Positions 1-8,606 of a stretch of DNA of 64,000 nt are shown here, in pieces. The stretch's first letter is position 1. The number at the start of each line of letters is the position of its first letter. The notes under the pieces were generated by a model, which saw nothing but the letters and a program-made list of their open reading frames with translations, searched no databases and had not been told where the DNA came from. The stretch comes from an uncultured bacterium (GTDB taxonomy: Bacteria > Acidobacteriota > HRBIN11 > JAKEFK01): contig CAVZQN010000004.1 of assembly GCA_963777505.1 (NCBI GenBank), positions 64,001-128,000 on the forward strand, read 5' to 3'. Made by a program: the position numbers and the translations under genes.

Positions 1-136
1 TCTGTAAAGCTGGATGATTCGGTTTCCAATCACTTGCGAGTTCCTTGAGCAAAGCGGCTGCTGCCTGCAACCAACGAACCTGCTGCTCGAAAAAGTCAAA
101 GAATTTCTCTTCACGAGGCATCAATGAAAAGCCCAC
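1..136 (-). CDS. DUF47 / PhoU-like phosphate transport regulator (Pit accessory), N-terminal part, truncated by window edge
   Basis: Manual translation from GTG at 136, preceded by RBS AAGGAGG, gives MGFSLMPREEKFFDFFEQQV..., a typical DUF47 N-terminus. Lies directly downstream of phoR. Not in the ORF track. Confidence 0.75.
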   Translation of the reverse strand, partial: MGFSLMPREEKFFDFFEQQVRWLQAAAALLKELASDWKPNHPALQ

Positions 137-224
137 TATGGCCTCCTTAACAGGGATTTATGAAACAGGAAATAGTACAGAAACAAATCTGCAATATGGA
201 TGATATTTGAGGTAAGGTGTTATT

Positions 225-2042
225 TCAAGAGTGCTGAAATACGAGGATACTTTGAGGGAGATGAATCAGAAATTGTGTGCCCTGGCCGAGGGCGCTTTCA
301 ACTTTGATATTTCCGCCATGATTTTCGATTGCATGTTTTGCAATCGAAAGTCCAAGACCAGTACCACCCATTTCTTTCGAGCGGCTTTTATCAACACGAT
401 AGAAACGTTCAAAAATACGTGAAAGTTGATCCTTCGGAATTCCACGTCCGTCATCTTTCACAACAATCTGGATTCCATCATTGACTAACTGAATCTTTAG
501 TTCAATGTTTCCACCTTCATCGGTATATTTGATTGCATTATCTACAAGATTGCTGAGTGCATCGGAAAGCTGGCGTGGATCCGCATTTAAGATTACAGGA
601 TCTATAGGCATCATAACTCGCAGCGTCTGATTTTTTTTCTCAGCAAGCGGTTCATATACCATGTTGATATCGGATATGAATTCATTCAATTCAATATTTT
701 GCCTTCTGATGGGAGTTTGCGTATCTTCTGCAGCTGCAAGAGCGAGCATATCTTTGACCAGGTTTTGGGTATTCCGCAATTGTTTGTCCATGATTTCCAA
801 AAACTTTTTGCATTCTTCAGGAGTTTTATAAGCTCCATCGAGTAATGCTTCAGTTGAACCGATCAGAGCTGTCAACGGAGTTCGAAGCTCATGACTAACA
901 TTCGCTACAAAGTCCTTTCGAACTTGCTCCACGCGTTTAATGCCCGTAATGTCATGAAAAACAAGTAGAACCATACTTGGGGTTTCACCATTCCCTTCTA
1001 TACGGGAGGCTTGAACTGAGAAAGTTTTTTCACCGCTTGTTTGGTACAGGTGAATTTCGCGCGCCTCAACGGGTTCGAATTCGCTTTTTGAATCACGGGA
1101 TGTATCTAAAAGAGCTGAGATGTATTCCGATAATTCTGCATTTCTTGAAATTTCTAGAAATGTTTTCCCTTGAATGCGGTCCATTTTTAGTCCGAACATT
1201 GAACTAAAGGCGTTGTTTGCGAAGATTGCACGGCCGTTCCTATCAACCGCTAGAACTCCTTCAACCATTCGTGATAGCAGGGTCTCAGTTCTGCTATGTT
1301 CTTGTTGCATTGTCAATATTTTTTGATTGAGTTCATCGGCCATCTTATTGAAGTCATTCGCAAGTTCCTGAAATTCGATACTTCCTTCAACCGGGATTCT
1401 GTAATTCAAATCTCCTGTAGCGAGCCGTTTTGTTCCTGCTTTCAATTTTCGTAGTTGTGTTGTTTCCCCTTTCGATAGGAAGTAAGCAAATGGTAAGGTC
1501 AGCAAAACAGAAGCAAGAGCAGCGAGAAGTATGATATTTCGAGTATCCGCCATTTGGGCGTAATACGTGGATAGTGGAAATGAAAGACGCAGTACGCACA
1601 GGATCTGTTCGCCGCTGATGATGGGAACTGCGTAGTAGAGCATTTCATTTTGTACAGTTTGACTGAACCGCTTAACGTAGGTGGGATTTTTTTGCAAAGC
1701 AGCTCGGAACTCAGGGCGATCCGCATGATTTTCGAGATTTTCTAAACCACCGGCGATCGCCCAATTATCTGCCAGGACAGTGCCATCTGGAGCAATTAAA
1801 GTCAGACGATCACCTGTTCGAACCGATCTGGCTATTTCATTGGGACGTTCTAACAGCGTTGGATTTTGAGAAATCAAAAGTGCCAGTACATCAGTTTCTT
1901 TTCTCAGGTCTTCCTGAAGTGAACCAAGAGTTACCTTTGCAAGATTGCTATAGATCAAAGCGCCAAAAAGCAATGAACATAGCAGAACAATTGCTACAAG
2001 TGAAATAAATGATTTCCAGAAATAACTTTGAGGATGCATCAA
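225..2042 (-). CDS. phoR: Phosphate regulon sensor histidine kinase (HAMP-PAS-HisKA-HATPase)
   Basis: FVANVSHELRTPLT H-box, NLVDNAIKYT, RIFERFYRVDKSRS, GGTGLGLSI; overlaps the phoB stop. Confidence 0.92.
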   Translation of the reverse strand: MMHPQSYFWKSFISLVAIVLLCSLLFGALIYSNLAKVTLGSLQEDLRKETDVLALLISQNPTLLERPNEIARSVRTGDRLTLIAPDGTVLADNWAIAGGLENLENHADRPEFRAALQKNPTYVKRFSQTVQNEMLYYAVPIISGEQILCVLRLSFPLSTYYAQMADTRNIILLAALASVLLTLPFAYFLSKGETTQLRKLKAGTKRLATGDLNYRIPVEGSIEFQELANDFNKMADELNQKILTMQQEHSRTETLLSRMVEGVLAVDRNGRAIFANNAFSSMFGLKMDRIQGKTFLEISRNAELSEYISALLDTSRDSKSEFEPVEAREIHLYQTSGEKTFSVQASRIEGNGETPSMVLLVFHDITGIKRVEQVRKDFVANVSHELRTPLTALIGSTEALLDGAYKTPEECKKFLEIMDKQLRNTQNLVKDMLALAAAEDTQTPIRRQNIELNEFISDINMVYEPLAEKKNQTLRVMMPIDPVILNADPRQLSDALSNLVDNAIKYTDEGGNIELKIQLVNDGIQIVVKDDGRGIPKDQLSRIFERFYRVDKSRSKEMGGTGLGLSIAKHAIENHGGNIKVESALGQGTQFLIHLPQSILVFQHS

Positions 2043-2728
2043 TCAGGTACTTGTTCTCTTAGCTTGTACCCGAACGACTTAATCGTAGAAAGCGCTTCCG
2101 TTAAAAGAGGTATTTTCTGACGGAGTCTTGTGACATGAACATCAACCGTTCGAGTCGAGCCAAAATAATCATAACCCCAAACATGATTCAAAATCATGTC
2201 ACGGGTAAGGACTCGGCCTTTATTTTCAAGCATGTATAAAAGCAGTTCAAATTCTTTCGCTGTTAAATCGACTTCTCCGCCGTTCAAACGGATTTCATGT
2301 TTTACTGTATCAACCGAGAGCGGTCCATACTGAAATGTTCGTTCTGGAATTGCACCTTCACGGCGTCTTAAATGCGCCTTAATCCGCGCAACAAGTTCTT
2401 TCGCGCTGAAAGGTTTTGTAACGTAATCATCAGCACCAATTTCTAGTCCCTTTACTTTGTCAGCTTCTTCGGCCTTGGCAGTCAACATAATTACGGGAAT
2501 ATCTCTCAATCTTTCATCCGCTTTTAAACGACGGCAAGTTTCTGTCCCATCAAGACGGGGAAGCATCAAATCAAGAAGGATAAGATTTGGAATAACTTTT
2601 GCGGCTACTTCAAGGGCATGAAAGCCATCCTGAGCTACATGAACGCGATAATTTTCTTTCTCCAAATAATAGCGAAGGACTTCAATGATGTCTTTTTCGT
2701 CTTCAACAACGAGTATGTTCTTTCTCAT
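2039..2728 (-). CDS. phoB: OmpR/PhoB-family response regulator
   Basis: REC domain (LLDLMLP, GADDYVTKPF) plus winged helix (TRTVDVHVTRLRQK); lies between phoU and phoR. Confidence 0.9.
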   Translation of the reverse strand: MRKNILVVEDEKDIIEVLRYYLEKENYRVHVAQDGFHALEVAAKVIPNLILLDLMLPRLDGTETCRRLKADERLRDIPVIMLTAKAEEADKVKGLEIGADDYVTKPFSAKELVARIKAHLRRREGAIPERTFQYGPLSVDTVKHEIRLNGGEVDLTAKEFELLLYMLENKGRVLTRDMILNHVWGYDYFGSTRTVDVHVTRLRQKIPLLTEALSTIKSFGYKLREQVPD

Positions 2729-2732
2729 GTTT

Positions 2733-2816
2733 CAAAATAAAAAATCAAAAATCAAAGATAAAAAATGAGCTCAGGCTCAGACATTTTTGATTTTTTATTT
2801 TTCATTTTTTATTTTG
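2733..2816. repeat. Inverted array of 5+5 heptamers (AAAAATV / BATTTTT) forming a 35-bp-stem hairpin
   Basis: CAAAATA AAAAATC AAAAATC AAAGATA AAAAATG (2733-2767) versus CATTTTT GATTTTT TATTTTT CATTTTT TATTTTG (2782-2816); 31/35 complementary. Confidence 0.85.
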
Positions 2817-3479
2817 TTACGCTTCTTCTGCATGATGACGAATATCTTTTGCTTCAACAAGATAAACTACATCTTCCGCAATGTTTGTTGCGTGATCAGC
2901 GATACGTTCCAGATGTCTTGACACTAAAATCAGTTGCATTCCGACCTGAATTGTTTGTGGATCGGAGATCATGTAAGTCAGGACTTCGCGGAAAACCTGA
3001 TTTTTCAGGGCATCGACTTCATCATCACGCATAACCGTAGCTCTGGCTTTCGAAGCATCTTCTTCAACGAAAGCATCAAGCGAATCTCTCACCATCTGCC
3101 GTGAAAGATCAGCCATTTTAGGAATATCGATCAGTGGTTTTAATTCGGGGAATTCAAGCAGCACTTTTGTGTTTTCATTGATGTTGATTGTAAGATCCCC
3201 AATCCTTTCTAAATCCGAGCTAATTTTTCCAGCAGCCACAATGAACCGCAGATCGTGCGCCATAGGCTGACGTAGAGCAAGTAATTTGAAGCACCGATCA
3301 TCAACGTCCAACTGAAGTCTATTCACGCTTTCTTCCAAATCAGGCAACTCCGCAGCAAGCGATTTATCGCGTTGAACCAGTGCCTGCATCGATAGGTGAA
3401 TCATTGTTTCAGCTTTAGCAGCCATTTTTAGCAGTTGCTGTTTTAGACTCGAAAGATCTTCTTCAAATTGTTTAGTCAT
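2817..3479 (-). CDS. phoU: Phosphate signalling protein PhoU
   Basis: LALRQPMAHDLR, SDLERIGD and HLERIADHATNIAE repeats. Confidence 0.95.
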   Translation of the reverse strand: MTKQFEEDLSSLKQQLLKMAAKAETMIHLSMQALVQRDKSLAAELPDLEESVNRLQLDVDDRCFKLLALRQPMAHDLRFIVAAGKISSDLERIGDLTININENTKVLLEFPELKPLIDIPKMADLSRQMVRDSLDAFVEEDASKARATVMRDDEVDALKNQVFREVLTYMISDPQTIQVGMQLILVSRHLERIADHATNIAEDVVYLVEAKDIRHHAEEA

Positions 3480-3542
3480 GAATGTGCGCTTCCTTCATTT
3501 TGCTGACTTCAGCAAGCCTGAAATCGTCTGTCTGAAGTCGGT

Positions 3543-3596
3543 AGAGTACAGTCCTAATTTTACGTTAACATGAAGGATATGTTTCGGGAATGTTAA
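3543..3596 (-). promoter_or_regulatory. Pho-box-type promoter of phoU-phoB-phoR
   Basis: Minus strand TTAACA-N5-GAAACA-N5-TTCATG-N20-TACTCT. Confidence 0.75.
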
Positions 3597-3683
3597 ATCT
3601 ACTGTTTGCTCCTCGTATCCGGCAAGCGTATGTGAAATCCCAATACATTGTTGTCCTCTCTCTTTAACACATCTTCCTTTGAA

Positions 3684-3737
3684 TTTACGGTTCTGAAACA
3701 GTGTATTGCAACTTCATTCATCATTTATTCGTAAGCT
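3684..3737 (+). promoter_or_regulatory. Pho-box-type promoter of the PP2C gene (likely leaderless)
   Basis: TTTACG-N5-GAAACA-N5-TTGCAA-N20-TAAGCT, 7 nt before ATG 3745. Confidence 0.65.
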
Positions 3738-3744
3738 ACTTTCT

Positions 3745-4923
3745 ATGAATTCATTAATTATTTCGAAACTAGAACCAAAGCAATTTTATAGAAAGTTAGA
3801 ACTCCTCTTCAGTGAGCTTGTGGCTGCCGGGCCATTAAGGAAATTTGCGGCGCAGTTTGCTCAACAATTCTGCAAACATTTTGCTGAACAATTAAGCGTC
3901 CAATCTCTAATAGCTGTTGATCTTTTGAACGATGAACCGGAGATTCTGTATCAATGGGGAATCATGGATCATCCAATTGATCAGAGTCTTATTTCAAAAA
4001 TTCACGATACTGAGCTTCCTTGGGTTGGTGAATGGGATGGTTCCGTAGCGGCTATATTCTCAATTGGTGAACATGTTGAACTTTTGATTTGTGTAACACT
4101 CGAACGACCGGTTAGTTCTGACAATTCAGCCTTTTGTTCACACATCTATTCACTGTTTTCATCTCTCCATTACACGCTGGGTCAATATTTAAAAAGACTC
4201 GAATTGCAGGATGCATTTGATCAAGCTCGGGCGATTCAGATGAGTTTGTTGCCTGCCCCAGAACTTAGGTTTGGTCGATTTGAAATTGCTGCAGCCACTG
4301 TTCCGGCTCATTCTGTTGGGGGAGATGTGTTCGATTTCCAGTTACTAAACAATGAGAAATTGTCACTCGTAATAGGCGATGCGGCTGGACATGGTTTGCC
4401 TGCAGCATTGCAAGCTCGCGATCTGATCATCGGATTGCGAATGGGGTTTGAGCTTGAACAAGATATTGTACAAATCGCAGGAAAACTCAATCATGTCATT
4501 CATCGAAGCGGACTCGTTTCGCGTTTCGCTTCATTATTCTTAGCTACCCTCCATTCTTCAGGATTGTTCACATATGTGAATGCAGGTCATCCTCACCCTT
4601 TGTTATTGAACTCAGATGGATTTCAATCACTCAACTCATCTAACATGATTCTTGGTCCAAATCCTGACACTGTCTACACTTCTTCAAATGTGAATTTGTC
4701 CCCTGGATCAATGTTAGCCCTTGTTACTGACGGCTTACTTGAGCATTCAAATAGTCATGGAGTTGAATTCGGGCAACAAGAACTCAAGCGCTGGATGTGT
4801 GATTGGCAGGATCAAGAGGCAACTAAGGCTGTTCATGATCTCTTTGTGAGATTGAACATTTTTGGAAAAAATCGTCCTTTTCGGGACGATGCCTCAGTGG
4901 TTTTGGTAATTTGTCGTCAGTAA
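3745..4923 (+). CDS. PP2C/SpoIIE (RsbU-like) Ser/Thr phosphatase with uncharacterised N-terminal sensor region
   Basis: VGGDVFDF, GDAAGHG, YVNAGHP, TDGLLE and DDASVV motifs intact. ATG 3745 preferred over TTG 3706, which lies inside the promoter. Confidence 0.85.
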   Translation: MNSLIISKLEPKQFYRKLELLFSELVAAGPLRKFAAQFAQQFCKHFAEQLSVQSLIAVDLLNDEPEILYQWGIMDHPIDQSLISKIHDTELPWVGEWDGSVAAIFSIGEHVELLICVTLERPVSSDNSAFCSHIYSLFSSLHYTLGQYLKRLELQDAFDQARAIQMSLLPAPELRFGRFEIAAATVPAHSVGGDVFDFQLLNNEKLSLVIGDAAGHGLPAALQARDLIIGLRMGFELEQDIVQIAGKLNHVIHRSGLVSRFASLFLATLHSSGLFTYVNAGHPHPLLLNSDGFQSLNSSNMILGPNPDTVYTSSNVNLSPGSMLALVTDGLLEHSNSHGVEFGQQELKRWMCDWQDQEATKAVHDLFVRLNIFGKNRPFRDDASVVLVICRQ

Positions 4924-4929
4924 ATTGAT

Positions 4930-4983
4930 TTTACATTTCTGAAACATTGCATTGATATCTTTGCAATTACGGGTCCGTAGACT
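4930..4983 (+). promoter_or_regulatory. Pho-box-type promoter of pstSCAB
   Basis: TTTACA-N5-GAAACA-N5-TTGATA-N20-TAGACT. Confidence 0.8.
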
Positions 4984-5038
4984 GAATACTCGCGTATCTA
5001 GCGAAAAAACCTTAACGAACTGTTAGAAGGAGATAATT

Positions 5039-5998
5039 ATGAGAAAACACCTTATTGCTCTGGCCATACTACTTATGGCAGCACCCTTTGCTGTTGCTCA
5101 GCAGGTACAGGTGGATGCCGCGATTTCAAGCTATACCCCTGTCAGTGGTGTATCAGGAAATATTAGCAGTGTTGGATCAGACACACTGAATAACTTAATG
5201 ACTCTATGGGCAGAGTCCTTCAAAGCAAAATATCCAAATATCAAAGTTCAAATTGAAGGCAAAGGCTCATCGACGGCTCCGCCAGCATTGATAGAAGGCA
5301 CGGCGCAATTTGGGCCGATGAGCCGTGAGATGAAATCAACAGAAATTGATGCATTTGAAAAAAAGTATGGATACAAACCAACTCCGATTAAAGTTGCTAT
5401 CGATGCTCTGGCGGTTTATGTGCACAAGGACAATCCACTTCAAGGTTTAACACTTCAACAAGTGGACGGCATTTTTTCAACTACACGAAAGACTGGTGGA
5501 AAAAATGCAACGACATGGGGTCAGGTTGGCTTAACAGGTGATTGGGCGAATAAGCCATTTTCGCTCTATGGCCGTAACAGCGCTTCCGGAACCTATGGAT
5601 TCTTCAAAGAAGTCGCACTCGCTAAAGGCGATTATCGCCCAACTGTAAAAGAACAACCGGGTTCCTCTTCAGTTGTGCAAGGTGTGTCCAGTGATTTGGG
5701 CGGAATCGGCTATTCAGGAATCGGTTATAAAACCTCCGGCGTAAAAGCAATTGGTCTTGGAAAAGATGCTGGCAAGTTTTCCGAACCAACTTATGAAAAT
5801 GCTTTGAATGGAAGCTATCCTCTAGCACGCTTCCTTTATATTTATGTCAACAAAGCTCCAGATCAGCCAATGGATAATCTCTCGAAAGAGTTCATCCGTT
5901 TTATTTTGTCCAAGGAAGGACAACAGATCGTTGTGAAGGATGGATACTATCCACTTCCTGCAAATTTAACTGAGCAAATGGTTGGACAACTAAAATAA
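5039..5998 (+). CDS. pstS: Phosphate ABC transporter substrate-binding protein
   Basis: Signal peptide, [34 protein letters not shown]; RBS AAGGAG. Confidence 0.95.
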   Translation: MRKHLIALAILLMAAPFAVAQQVQVDAAISSYTPVSGVSGNISSVGSDTLNNLMTLWAESFKAKYPNIKVQIEGKGSSTAPPALIEGTAQFGPMSREMKSTEIDAFEKKYGYKPTPIKVAIDALAVYVHKDNPLQGLTLQQVDGIFSTTRKTGGKNATTWGQVGLTGDWANKPFSLYGRNSASGTYGFFKEVALAKGDYRPTVKEQPGSSSVVQGVSSDLGGIGYSGIGYKTSGVKAIGLGKDAGKFSEPTYENALNGSYPLARFLYIYVNKAPDQPMDNLSKEFIRFILSKEGQQIVVKDGYYPLPANLTEQMVGQLK

Positions 5999-6010
5999 AG
6001 TTCTTGGTTC

Positions 6011-6039
6011 GGGGCAGACGCCTTAATTGGCGCTGCCCC
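6011..6039 (+). other. GC-rich hairpin between pstS and pstC (probable mRNA-stabilising element)
   Basis: GGGGCAG(A)CGCC-TTAATT-GGCGCTGCCCC. Confidence 0.55.
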
Positions 6040-6062
6040 AGATTCCTTGGAGTGTGAAAAAA

Positions 6063-8384
6063 GTGTCAACTGCAGCGCCTCCTGAAGTCGCTCCTGAAAA
6101 GGTCACATCAGAAAAAATTGAAACACTTTCAAAAAGGTTTCAGCCTTCCAAAGCAGTTCTATTAATAGACCGCTGGATGACGCACTTCATCAAGGTTGGT
6201 GGTGTATTAATTATTGCAGCGGTGCTGGGGATCTTTGTTTTTATCACATATCAAGTAATTCCTCTCTTCGGTGGTGCTGAGGTTCGTCCTCAAAAGAAAA
6301 TTGATTTGCCTGCAAGTAATTTTCAAGTACTTGGCATTGATGAATGGGGAGAACTTCCTGTTCTTGTGGATCCGCAAGGTACGATTTCTTTTTTCGACAT
6401 AACCGGGAAAAAAGGACACCAAACCGTTAGCCTTGGTCTACCGGAACAAAAAAAAGTAAGCGCCTTTAAATACAATCCGATTGGACAAGAGATTATTCTT
6501 GGAACTGAGGATGGAAATTTTACGGTAGTTCAAATTAATTATGCTACGAAATTCGAAGGCGGAAAGCGTTTCGTAGGCCAAGACTTGAAAGCGAGCCCTT
6601 TTGTTCAGATCGGACAACCAGGCTTTCCTATTCGTAATATTGCGTACGGAGATTCTGGGACAGATAAGCTCGTTGCAACGGTTCAGGATATCAACGGCCA
6701 GACTGAAGTCTATGCTACAACGCTCACTCAAGAACGAAGCTTAATGGGAAGCGGCGAAATTGTTCAGGGTCAAACTGTTAACTTGAGTCACCATTTTCGT
6801 TCAAAGCCTGAAACAATTGCCGTCAATCAGCAAGCGAATGCTGTTGTTGTCTCTACAGACAATGGCGATATGTATTATTTTGATAGGTCAGGGGATGAGA
6901 TTCCCCTCCGTCAAACTTTCCAGGCATTTTCGGATCAGAAAGAAAAAACAGTTTCCTCCATGGACTTTCTATTTGGAGGAGCTTCTCTGATTTTAACCAA
7001 CCCTGGCGGAGTGAATCGGACTTTTACTTTATATGAAAAAACTGGAGAGGAAGGACGTCTCTTTCATCAGACCAAAGAATTTCCGGCTTTGGAAGGTGGT
7101 GGGTCTTTTTATGCTAACAGCGTCCGTAATAAAGCATTCCTTATCGGATCAGGTTCTGAGGCATCTTTAAGATATGGAACAACTGGAGATGTTCGTTGGC
7201 AGGAAAAACTTCCATTTGAAGTTACATCCGGTGTGATCGGCGGAAAGTATAACAGTCTCATATTTTTAGATAACAAGAATCATAAACTACACATTTATGA
7301 ATTGGAGGATCCGCATCCGGAATCCAGTTTAAAGGCTCTGTTTGGCAAGGTTTGGTATGAAGGTTCTCCTGAACCGAAATATGAATGGCAATCAACGGGA
7401 GCGACTGATGATTTTGAACCTAAACTTTCTCTGATTCCATTGATCATTGGAACTTTGAAAGGCACGTTTTATGCGATGTTATTTGCTACACCGATCGCAT
7501 TGCTTGCAGCGATTTATACTTCGCAATTCCTTCATCCCCGTTTTCGCATCATAGTAAAACCAACGATGGAAATCATGGCATCACTTCCATCGGTTGTTTT
7601 GGGATTTCTTGCTGCACTATGGCTGGCTCCGGTTCTGGAGACGAAAGTTCCTTCAATTATTATGATCTTAATTACGGTTCCAACCGTTTCGTTGTTAATT
7701 GGTTGGTTATGGGGATTTTTACCGGTTGAACTTCGTGTAAAGATTAGACCTGGCTACGAATGGATCGCATTCATTCCGATTCTGTTGGTTGTCTCATATG
7801 TGGCATGGCAGATGGGACCAATCTTAGAGAAAGCACTTTTTACAGTCAAAGATCCCACAACAGGAATTGTAATTCCTGATTTCCGATTATGGTGGACTTA
7901 CGTCACGAATTTTCCATATGAGCAACGCAATTCTCTTGTTGTCGGATTCATGATGGGCTTTGCCGTAATTCCAATCATTTTCACAATTGCCGAAGATGCT
8001 TTATCGAACGTTCCAGGTGCGTTAAGATCGGGATCTCTCGCTCTTGGTGCAAGCCGCTGGCAAACTGCATTGAGAATTGTACTTCCTACGGCATCAGCCG
8101 GAATCTTTTCAGCGATTATGATCGGGCTTGGCCGCGCCGTAGGTGAAACGATGATCGTTGTGATGGCTACCGGAAATACTCCAATCATGGATTTCAACAT
8201 CTTTTCCGGAATGCGAACGCTATCGGCAAATATCGCAGTTGAACTTCCTGAAGCTCCGGTTCACGGGACATTGTATCGTGTGTTGTTTCTTGGCGGTTTA
8301 GCTTTATTTATTCTTACTTTCGTTGTGAATACATTTGCCGAAATATTGCGACAACATCTCAGAGAAAAATACAAAACTGTATGA
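6063..8384 (+). CDS. pstC: Phosphate ABC permease PstC with large extracytoplasmic beta-rich domain
   Basis: MEIMASLPSVVLG, GLGRAVGETMIV, TLSANIAVE. GTG 6063 follows GGAG; the ORF track starts at 6027. Confidence 0.9.
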   Translation: MSTAAPPEVAPEKVTSEKIETLSKRFQPSKAVLLIDRWMTHFIKVGGVLIIAAVLGIFVFITYQVIPLFGGAEVRPQKKIDLPASNFQVLGIDEWGELPVLVDPQGTISFFDITGKKGHQTVSLGLPEQKKVSAFKYNPIGQEIILGTEDGNFTVVQINYATKFEGGKRFVGQDLKASPFVQIGQPGFPIRNIAYGDSGTDKLVATVQDINGQTEVYATTLTQERSLMGSGEIVQGQTVNLSHHFRSKPETIAVNQQANAVVVSTDNGDMYYFDRSGDEIPLRQTFQAFSDQKEKTVSSMDFLFGGASLILTNPGGVNRTFTLYEKTGEEGRLFHQTKEFPALEGGGSFYANSVRNKAFLIGSGSEASLRYGTTGDVRWQEKLPFEVTSGVIGGKYNSLIFLDNKNHKLHIYELEDPHPESSLKALFGKVWYEGSPEPKYEWQSTGATDDFEPKLSLIPLIIGTLKGTFYAMLFATPIALLAAIYTSQFLHPRFRIIVKPTMEIMASLPSVVLGFLAALWLAPVLETKVPSIIMILITVPTVSLLIGWLWGFLPVELRVKIRPGYEWIAFIPILLVVSYVAWQMGPILEKALFTVKDPTTGIVIPDFRLWWTYVTNFPYEQRNSLVVGFMMGFAVIPIIFTIAEDALSNVPGALRSGSLALGASRWQTALRIVLPTASAGIFSAIMIGLGRAVGETMIVVMATGNTPIMDFNIFSGMRTLSANIAVELPEAPVHGTLYRVLFLGGLALFILTFVVNTFAEILRQHLREKYKTV

Positions 8385-8408
8385 CAACGCAAAGCGTGCA
8401 AAAAAATA

Positions 8409-8585
8409 TAGCCCCCAGCGTAAGCTGGGGGACAAGGATTGTAAATGGATTCCAGCCCGCCGCTACCGGCGGGCGCAAGACAGCAATCAAAAATTTGATG
8501 CCGAATTTATTCTCTTACGCCCGCCGCAAGCAGCGGGCTCGACTCTTCCTTAGCATTCTTTACCCCCGGCTTACGCCAGGGGCTA
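8409..8585. mobile_element. Nested-palindrome REP/MITE-like element, copy 1, in the pstC-pstA junction
   Basis: Terminal IR TAGCCCCCAGCGTAAGCTGGGGG / CCCCCGGCTTACGCCAGGGGCTA plus inner CCCGCC..GGCGGGCG palindromes; second copy at 55949. Confidence 0.75.
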
Positions 8586-8606
8586 ATGTGAGGCCAGAAG
8601 GACACA

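Noticed and set aside
137-224. Pho box upstream of the DUF47 gene
   Set aside because: A possible -10 (TACTAT) exists, but hexamers at the required N20/N5 spacing do not match
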